NCBI GenBank assembly: GCA_964291265.2
Contig: OZ219747.1
Coordinates: 1,056,001 to 1,120,000, forward strand
DNA: 64,000 nucleotides
Source of the DNA: Alphaproteobacteria bacterium
GTDB lineage: Bacteria; Pseudomonadota; Alphaproteobacteria; SP197
Direction: 5' to 3'
Position 1 is the first letter of the stretch. Each line of letters begins with the position of its first letter. Positions 57,233-64,000 of the stretch are shown one piece after another. Position numbers and translations under genes: made by a program. A model generated the notes under the pieces. The model saw only the letters and a list, made by a program, of their open reading frames with translations. It did no database searches and was not told the DNA's origin.

Positions 57233-58015
57233 GTGATGAAACATGAAGGCAAGGTTGCGGTGGTGACCGGAGCGGCCCAGGGAATCGGCCTCGCCTGCGC
57301 TGGACGGCTCGCGGGTGAAGGCGCTCTGGTCGTCATGGGAGACATCCAGGGGGAGAAGGTGGCCGGGGAGGCAGAGGCGCTGGGCGCCGTCGCCATGGCT
57401 ACCGATGTGTCGCGTCGCGACGACGTCGACGCCCTCGTCCGGTGTGCCGTGGACACGCACGGCAGGCTCGATATCATGGTCAACAATGCCGGTGTCGGTT
57501 TCAACGCCGGTGTTCTGGACATCGGAGAAGAGGATTTTGACCGCATCCTCGGTGTCAACCTCAAGGGTGTGCTGTTCGGATCCCAAGCAGCGGCGCGCGT
57601 CATGGTGGAGCAGGCATCCGGCGGCGCCATCGTCAACATGACCTCGGTCCAGGCCGAGCTCGCGATACCCAACAGTGTTGCCTATGGCGTCTCGAAGGCG
57701 GGGATCAATCAGCTGACCAGGATCTTCTCTGTCGCCCTGGCGCGCCACAATGTCAGGTGCAACGCCGTGGGTCCCGGTACCATCCTCACCGACATGGCGC
57801 GAGGCGCCGTCCTCTCCAGCGACGAGGCCTACCGGATGATCCTGTCGCGCACGCCTCTGGGTCGCCTGGGCGGGGCGGACGAGGTCGCCTCCGTCGTCTC
57901 ATTCCTGGCAAGCGACGATGCCTCCTATGTCACGGGCCAGATCATCTATCCCGACGGCGGCCGCATGCCGGTGAACTACACCGTGCCGGTGGAGGCTCTG
58001 CCCGCCCTCGACTGA
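57233..58015 (+). CDS. Short-chain dehydrogenase/reductase
   Basis: TGAAQGIG, NNAG, YGVSK and VGPGTI. Confidence 0.93.
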   Translation: MMKHEGKVAVVTGAAQGIGLACAGRLAGEGALVVMGDIQGEKVAGEAEALGAVAMATDVSRRDDVDALVRCAVDTHGRLDIMVNNAGVGFNAGVLDIGEEDFDRILGVNLKGVLFGSQAAARVMVEQASGGAIVNMTSVQAELAIPNSVAYGVSKAGINQLTRIFSVALARHNVRCNAVGPGTILTDMARGAVLSSDEAYRMILSRTPLGRLGGADEVASVVSFLASDDASYVTGQIIYPDGGRMPVNYTVPVEALPALD

Positions 58016-58019
58016 GGCT

Positions 58020-58420
58020 CGGTCCCGGCGTTCCTCGACCCCGACACGGATCATGACGATGCCATGGCCCCCTCGTGGCCGGATGCTGCCTCGACCTGCG
58101 GGGAATGACCACGGTCTTCGGCAACGCGACCGTCGCCGCGGCCAACATATGCAGGATTCCGGAACTCGCCGGACTCGCTTGCGTTCCCGTCGTCGCCAGC
58201 GTGGCCGCACCACTTGACGGTGCCTTCGTGCATGAAGCCGGAGGCCATGACCCGCCGCTACCGGCCAGTGGGCCCGTCGATGAACCGGCCGTGGACTTCA
58301 TGGTCCGCAACGTTGCTGCCACCACGGGACTCCTTCTCGTCGCCGCCGGCCCGCTCACCAGCATCGCCCGGGTCCTGACGTCCTTTCCGGGACCACGATG
58401 AGCGTCGGCATAGTCAACAT
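58020..58420 (+). pseudogene. Nucleoside hydrolase (IU-NH family) remnant
   Basis: Broken frames 'FLDPDTDHDDAMA', 'LDLRGMTTVFGN' and 'PAVDFM...LLVAAGPLTSIA'. Confidence 0.65.
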
Positions 58421-58816
58421 CGTTCCGATTGAATGCCGTGTCGAGGTTCCAGCGGCCCCTCCCACCTGCGAGACCGTCGATGTCCTTGCCGCGTTCATGT
58501 TCTCCCCGAAGCCTGTCAACGTGGATGTCACGATCACCAAGGGGTCCGGACCCTCTTCGAGCCGGGAGCGGGATTGTTCGCTCTCCATTCCCGCGCCGGG
58601 GAGATTGCGAGATCGACCGGTTTCGCAGCGGGCCGCGGCAGTTTCGGCTTGAGGGAGTGACGGCCATTTCACCGGTGCGCTCCACATTCCCGCACTCGAC
58701 TGCCTCGGACTCCGCGCTGATGCCGCCCACGCACGACGAGCCCATCTTCGCTTCCTCCCCGGTGTCCAGGGGGTGCCTTCTGGCCGGCCTCCTTGAGAAT
58801 CTCCGGGATGCGGAGT

Positions 58817-59935
58817 TCAACGCCCCGTGAACGGCAGGTCCGTGACCTCTCCGTCTCGCATGCCGTCGGGTGTGGCGACCGTGACAGGCGTTCCCGGATC
58901 CCAGGCGCTGCGCTCCATCATGGCAAGGGCGATGTTGGTGGCAAGGTCAGGTGAGAAGGCTGCCGATGTCACCTGTCCGGCCGTCGCGCCGGAGTGGAGG
59001 ACGGGCCAGGGCTCGACACAGCCCGGCGCTGCTCTTCCATCGAACCTGACGCCGCGGATGATCCTCACCGGTCCGCCCGAATCGCGGATGCGCTCGAGGG
59101 TGTCACGGGCGATGAATTCCACGGGTGATTCGAGATTCACGAATCGGTCGAGACCGCACTCGAAGGGATTGTTCTCCTGCGTCATGTCGTTGCCGTGCGA
59201 GAGCAGGGCTCCCTCGATGCGCTCGATGAGATTCGGACAGCCCGGTCCCACGCAGAGATCCTCGCCTGCGGCGAACAGGGCGTCCCAAAGGGCCTGTCCG
59301 CTGGCAGCATCGTCGATGTAGATCTCGAATCCGCCCTGCCTGGACCATCCCGAACGCGCCACCACGAATGCATGGCCGGCAAAGGGCAGTTGTGCAAAGC
59401 CGAAGAAGCGGATGTCGCGCACCTGCTCGCCGAGCACCCTCGACAGGAGGTCGTCGGCCCTGGGCCCCTGGACGGCGATGGGTCCGACACCCGGCTCGAA
59501 GACACGCGCGTCGAGACCCAGACCAAGCGCGAGCCCCTTGCCCCAAAGCGCGACGTCGGAATCGGCGAGGGAAATCCAGAAACGGTTTTCCGCCAGACGC
59601 AGGATGACCGGGTCATTGATCATGCCCCCCGTCTCGTCCACCAGGGGCGCATAGGCACACCGGCCCGGAGCCAGCCGGGAGATGTCGCGCGGCGTCATCA
59701 TCTGCACGAGGTGGGCCGCGTCCGGACCCACCACCTCGACTTGCTGTTCACAGCTGACGTCCCAGACCTGAACATGCCGTTTGAGGTGATGGTAGTCCTC
59801 CTCAAGCCCGCGGAAGAACGTCGGCAAGAGCATGTGGTTGTAGACAGTGAAACCGCCGACGCCCTGTGCCTCGATTCGTGACGAGAATGGTGTACGGCGG
59901 GTGCGGCGCGATATGGAGATCGCGGGTTCTTTCAT
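58817..59935 (-). CDS. dmdA: Dimethylsulfoniopropionate demethylase
   Basis: 'SRRTRRTPFS....GV.GFTVYNHMLLPT.F...HLK.HVQVWDVSCE', 'INDPV', 'ARSGWSRQGGFEI' and 'GPGCPNLIERIE' match roseobacter DmdA as recalled. Confidence 0.88.
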   Translation of the reverse strand: MKEPAISISRRTRRTPFSSRIEAQGVGGFTVYNHMLLPTFFRGLEEDYHHLKRHVQVWDVSCEQQVEVVGPDAAHLVQMMTPRDISRLAPGRCAYAPLVDETGGMINDPVILRLAENRFWISLADSDVALWGKGLALGLGLDARVFEPGVGPIAVQGPRADDLLSRVLGEQVRDIRFFGFAQLPFAGHAFVVARSGWSRQGGFEIYIDDAASGQALWDALFAAGEDLCVGPGCPNLIERIEGALLSHGNDMTQENNPFECGLDRFVNLESPVEFIARDTLERIRDSGGPVRIIRGVRFDGRAAPGCVEPWPVLHSGATAGQVTSAAFSPDLATNIALAMMERSAWDPGTPVTVATPDGMRDGEVTDLPFTGR

Positions 59936-60020
59936 GGTCCGGTTCCCGGAGGCGGAAAATGCAGGGCGATCGTGCTACGGTCGGTGATCGATGTATAGTG
60001 TTTCGCGAGTGGGACAGGAC

Positions 60021-60650
60021 ATGGTGAAGCTCGACATTCTCCAGAGGATCTACGAGTGCGGGAATCTCGACGAACTTCGGGAAATTTATGATTCCTGGGC
60101 CAACACCTACGATTCGACGATATCCGGGACGCTGAACTACCGCGGTCACGAATTCATTGTCGACGCAGTACGTCCCCATCTTGGCGACGACGCGAGAATT
60201 CTCGATGCCGGAGCCGGCAGCGGCATGGTCGGGCTGATGGCGTCACGGGCGGGATTTACCCGCGTCGACGCGATGGATCTCTCGATGGGCATGCTGGAGA
60301 TCGCGAGAGAGCGCGGTGTCTACCACGAGGTGCGCACCGGCGTTCTCGGCGAAACGCTGGACTATCCCGACAACACCTACGATGCCGTGCTCAGTTCGGG
60401 TGTTTTCACGCCTGGCCATGCGCCACCGACATCGTTCGACGAGATCATCCGCATCGTCAAGCCGGGAAGGCTTGTCTGCTTCACGCTGCGCCACGACCAG
60501 ACACCACTGGGGTTCATCGAGAAGTTCGATGAACTCACCGCGGCCGGATCGTGGCAGCGGGTGTGGGTGAGCGAGCCATTCCAGTCCATGCCCGGAGGTG
60601 AACCGGAGATCCGCCACCGGACCTGGCTCTTCCGGGTGGCGTCGGCGTGA
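60021..60650 (+). CDS. Class I SAM-dependent methyltransferase
   Basis: 'YDSWANTYD', ILDAGAGSG, DLSMGML and 'GVFTPGHAP'. Confidence 0.9.
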   Translation: MVKLDILQRIYECGNLDELREIYDSWANTYDSTISGTLNYRGHEFIVDAVRPHLGDDARILDAGAGSGMVGLMASRAGFTRVDAMDLSMGMLEIARERGVYHEVRTGVLGETLDYPDNTYDAVLSSGVFTPGHAPPTSFDEIIRIVKPGRLVCFTLRHDQTPLGFIEKFDELTAAGSWQRVWVSEPFQSMPGGEPEIRHRTWLFRVASA

Positions 60651-61327
60651 CGGGCGCGAACCCTGAGAGCGGATGCCCGGTTCGCATCTGGGATCGTCCG
60701 ACGCGGGTGTTCCACTGGATGCTCGTCGTCCTCTTCATCGTCTGCTATGTCAGCGGTGACCGTGGCCGGTTCGACATCCATGTCCTGGCTGGCCAGGCTT
60801 TGCTGATCCTTGTCGTAGCGCGGATCATCTGGGGGTTCGTGGGCAGTGATACCGCCCTGTTTCGCAGCTTCCTGCGACCCCCGGGGGAGGTCGTGGCCCA
60901 AGTCCGGTCCCTTGGCGAGCGCCGTCCCGGCCATGATGCCGGCCATAATCCCCTTGGCGGACTGTCAGTCGTCCTGATGCTGTTCGTTCTCGTCATCCAC
61001 ACGGCATCCGGGCTCTTCGCGGCGGATGTCGACGGATGGAACGAGGGACCGCTTTCGCATGCCGTCAGCTACGATGCGGCACGCAGCGCCTCGGGCGTTC
61101 ACGCCGTCACGGTCGACATCCTGCTCGTGCTTGTCGCCCTTCATGTCGCTGCAGTCGGATTCCACTGGCTCTACAAGCGTGACAACCTCGTCTTTCCCAT
61201 GATGACCGGTCGCAAGCACCTTCCTCCGGGTCACGATGTGCCGCGCCTCGCTCCGGATCTCCTGGCCCTTGTCACGCTCGCCGTTGCCGCATCAATCGTG
61301 ATCGGAGTGCTGAAAGCCGCCGGATAG
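60647..61327 (+). CDS. Cytochrome b (Ni/Fe-hydrogenase-type b/b561 domain)
   Basis: WDRPTRVFHW, RIIWGFVGS, GHNPLGG, LHVAAV and NLVFPMMTG. Confidence 0.9.
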   Translation: MTGANPESGCPVRIWDRPTRVFHWMLVVLFIVCYVSGDRGRFDIHVLAGQALLILVVARIIWGFVGSDTALFRSFLRPPGEVVAQVRSLGERRPGHDAGHNPLGGLSVVLMLFVLVIHTASGLFAADVDGWNEGPLSHAVSYDAARSASGVHAVTVDILLVLVALHVAAVGFHWLYKRDNLVFPMMTGRKHLPPGHDVPRLAPDLLALVTLAVAASIVIGVLKAAG

Positions 61328-61331
61328 ACGT

Positions 61332-61805
61332 TCAGTGGTCCTTGGCGCGGAAGACCGAGTGACACCCGCCACACCCGTCGCGTCCAAGGGCCTCGAAGGC
61401 TGCAGACTGCGAGGCGTCATCTCCCGAAGCCAGCGCCGTCTCGAGCATGGCCGCCCGCTCTCCCAGGAGCTGCGACGCCATCTCGAAGTCCGACCAGTTT
61501 TCCCAGATGGCATCGAGAGCGCCGGTTCGGGGAAGGGCATCGATGCCGGTCCCCGGAGGAAAGAGTGGTGGAATGGCCGTTGCGGCCTCCTTCAGGACAA
61601 CGGTTGCGGCCAGCGCCTCGCCGGCATCGTTGCGGCCGGACAGGAAGCCCTTGATGGTCCGCATGGACATTCCGAGCTCCTTCATGAGCACATGGCGTTC
61701 CTCGCTCAGTCTCCCGGCCTCCCCGAGGCTGACGGTGTCCTCTCCTGACCAGGCCGCGGAGCCCAGCATGATACTGACAACCATCGCCAGGATGATCGTA
61801 CGCAT
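61332..61805 (-). CDS. Cytochrome c' / c556
   Basis: Signal peptide, 'LFPPGT', 'AIWENWSDF' and C-terminal CGGCH. Confidence 0.9.
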   Translation of the reverse strand: MRTIILAMVVSIMLGSAAWSGEDTVSLGEAGRLSEERHVLMKELGMSMRTIKGFLSGRNDAGEALAATVVLKEAATAIPPLFPPGTGIDALPRTGALDAIWENWSDFEMASQLLGERAAMLETALASGDDASQSAAFEALGRDGCGGCHSVFRAKDH

Positions 61806-62082
61806 GTCCGGTTCCTCCTTGTCGTGGATGCGCAAGAGACTGGAACAGGTTGCCCGGGCCCTGCAAGTCCCGAACTTGTGGTGGACCCGAATCCGACCTC
61901 CAGCGGTGCGACACGGACGTCACGAGCCCGGGTCCGGGACCAGGGCGGGACTTGACCCGGTATCCCGATTGCGTGAATCGTGAGGCTTGTCAGGGCCACG
62001 GAGTCATGAACAAGACGGCCGACACGACCCCGGGCCATGGGCCCCGGCCAGCGGTGATTCGACAGGGCAGGGAGGTGCAGCA

Positions 62083-63543
62083 ATGAGCAGAGGCAGCACT
62101 GTCTTCGCTCTGATCGTTTCCGTGTCGCTCATCGTTGCGGCAGGCGTGCTCAACATGCTGGCAAGGCAGGGCGGCGAAGCGCTGCTCGCCGATGCGGTGG
62201 TGATGGCAACCGAGATTCGCGATGGCATGGAGGAGTCGGGGCCGTCGGCTGTCGACGGATCCCTCGAAACGATGTCTCGGTTGGTGGCAACCCTCGAGTC
62301 CGTTCCTGACCTTGCCGCCGAAATCGCGGGTGGCGTCGTTGCGTTGAGGGAGGGATTGCAACAGAGAGTTCTCGCGGCCGCTGACCTCCTTGATGCGGAA
62401 GCGGTGCTCATGCAGGCGATCGATGCCTGGACGTCGGCGGTTGAATTGGCGGCCGGCGAATCCGGAAGCAGGGCGGCGGAACTGGCCGGGCTCGTGGAGG
62501 GTATGGACCGGTATCTTGCCGGGACCGGATCCGCTCCGCCCCTTGATGCCGTACGTTCCCATGGCGATGTGACTCTTGTCGCGGCAGCTCGCAGGCTGAT
62601 GGCCGACAAGCGCACTCTTGATGAGCTGCATCGGGGGCTGACTGTCGACAGGCTGGTCGATGTTGCCGAGCAGCTTGTCATGTCCCTGGAGAACGAGCGT
62701 GCCAGCCGTGCGCTTGCCGTGCGCAGCTATGACGATGGTACGGTTGCTGCCCTCGGTGCTCTGGTGCTCTTCTGGGTTCTGCTTGGCATCCGCGGACGCC
62801 GCTGCAGCGAGCCAGTGCAACAGGCCGCGGATCCGGGAAGGGAAAGGCTGTTTTTCCGCGGTACGGCGGCGGCGGTGACGGTGCGGGCCCAACGCCTCGC
62901 TTCGCACACCAATGCTCTCAGACAGTCCCGCCAGAGACTTGGCAACGCCATCGCGGAGGCAGGACTCGACCGGTCGCTCCATGACGATGCTCCCCTTCAT
63001 CGGGAGGTCGAGGCGATGGACGATCATCTCGCCATGCTGCGCAACGAAGCAGGTGAGCTGTCGGCCTTGGGCAAGCGCCTGTGGACTCTCGTCGGGGAGG
63101 CGGAGCCACCAGCGCCGGCGGTCAGTATCAACGCGTGCATCGGAGAAGCTCTCGAGGCGATCAGTGCAGGCCACCGGACTCCCGTCGTGACGGAACTTGC
63201 CGATGTCGGAGATGTCAGGGGTGTGGCATCCGATATTGTCCTCGCCCTGACCGCCATTCTCGAAGGTATCCTCACCGCCCCCAGGGAATCGGGACCTGGA
63301 CACGGCGCCGTTCGCGTCTTCACCACGGCCGGTGATGATCAGGTGCATGTCACCATCACCGGAGGTGCTCCCCTTCCGCGGTTCTCGGAACATACGTTCA
63401 GGCCATGCGGCGCCTCCCACGAACTGGCGCTGGCCGTCGCTCTTCTCAGGCGCCATGGCGGACGTGTGACCCTGGGTTCATCCACCGCCGGAGAAGCCCC
63501 GGTACGCATATCCCTTGCCGCGGCATCGGGAGATCAGACATGA
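62083..63543 (+). CDS. Two-TM protein with a degenerate histidine-kinase-like C-terminus
   Basis: GGAGG RBS, two TM helices flanking a helical periplasmic region, and C-terminal 'VSINACIGEAL...LLRRHGGRVTLGS'. Confidence 0.55.
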   Translation: MSRGSTVFALIVSVSLIVAAGVLNMLARQGGEALLADAVVMATEIRDGMEESGPSAVDGSLETMSRLVATLESVPDLAAEIAGGVVALREGLQQRVLAAADLLDAEAVLMQAIDAWTSAVELAAGESGSRAAELAGLVEGMDRYLAGTGSAPPLDAVRSHGDVTLVAAARRLMADKRTLDELHRGLTVDRLVDVAEQLVMSLENERASRALAVRSYDDGTVAALGALVLFWVLLGIRGRRCSEPVQQAADPGRERLFFRGTAAAVTVRAQRLASHTNALRQSRQRLGNAIAEAGLDRSLHDDAPLHREVEAMDDHLAMLRNEAGELSALGKRLWTLVGEAEPPAPAVSINACIGEALEAISAGHRTPVVTELADVGDVRGVASDIVLALTAILEGILTAPRESGPGHGAVRVFTTAGDDQVHVTITGGAPLPRFSEHTFRPCGASHELALAVALLRRHGGRVTLGSSTAGEAPVRISLAAASGDQT

Positions 63544-64000
63544 AGGCGTTGCGCTTTCGGGTTCGCAACTATCGCAACATCGGGGACAGCGGCTGGGTGA
63601 CGCTCGACCCGGTCACGGTCCTTGTCGGACGCAACGAGTCGGGCAAGACCTCCCTTCTCAAGGCACTCAACAAGTTCAATCCCGGCACGGCGGAAGCCTA
63701 TGACGCTCAGCGCGAGTTTCCGCGAGACCGCTATACGCGCGACTACGTCCTGGCTGGTTCAACGGGTGCGGAGTGGCCGGTCTGTTCCATCGAGTTCGAG
63801 ATTCCGGTACAGCAGAAGAACGATATCGCGATCCTCCTGGGTCCGGACCGGGCAGCGCCCGAGACAGTTACCGTCACGCGCCACTACGACGGCTCTCTTG
63901 GTTTTTCCTACATGCCGCAGATCGGAGCCAAGCCGGCACAGCCAGTTCCCCTGATGGAGGTCCTTGAGGGCTTGACACTTGCGGACGACTCGCCACGCCT
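63540..64000 (+). CDS. ABC/AAA_15-type ATPase (OLD-like ATP-dependent nuclease family), partial
   Basis: Hand translation MKALRFRVRNYRNIGDSGWVTLDPVTVLVGRNESGKTSLLKALNKFNP..., open to the window end. ATGA overlap with the upstream gene. Confidence 0.85.
   Translation, partial: MKALRFRVRNYRNIGDSGWVTLDPVTVLVGRNESGKTSLLKALNKFNPGTAEAYDAQREFPRDRYTRDYVLAGSTGAEWPVCSIEFEIPVQQKNDIAILLGPDRAAPETVTVTRHYDGSLGFSYMPQIGAKPAQPVPLMEVLEGLTLADDSPR

Overview
The window is GC-rich DNA from what looks like a marine alphaproteobacterium (dmdA, sauS/sauT-like genes, many eroded genes), and it has two parts. Part 1 (about 1-39,100) is a decaying conjugative/ICE-like island. Its left half carries defence and antirestriction cargo: an ArdC-like gene, a TA remnant, a two-gene membrane pair, an SF1 helicase-nuclease, a split membrane-anchored Cas4-like nuclease, a GHKL ATPase-nuclease fused onto a 5'-deleted Dcm, DUF5131, and a type IIG-like N6-MTase coupled to a serine resolvase. 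A WGR gene and a traG/virD4 3' fragment follow. Next is a 5.3-kb IS21-family element (18600-23919) with primase-like Toprim cargo, and then a type IVb (R64-like) pilus operon, pilN-O-(adhesin)-(lipoprotein)-P-Q-R-S-S', interrupted by an IS4 element with a 10-bp TSD. Between pilQ and pilR lie four copies of an unrecognised membrane domain with invariant His/Asp motifs, arranged as two stacked alleles of a variable slot; this is the best candidate for an undescribed system. Part 2 (about 39,100-64,000) is a chromosomal organosulfur/methylamine catabolic region with several pseudogenes. It includes a hidden 73-aa SelW/Rdx-type selenoprotein (CxxU, in-frame TGA) that the ORF track misses. All family assignments come from motif recognition by eye; no database searches were run.
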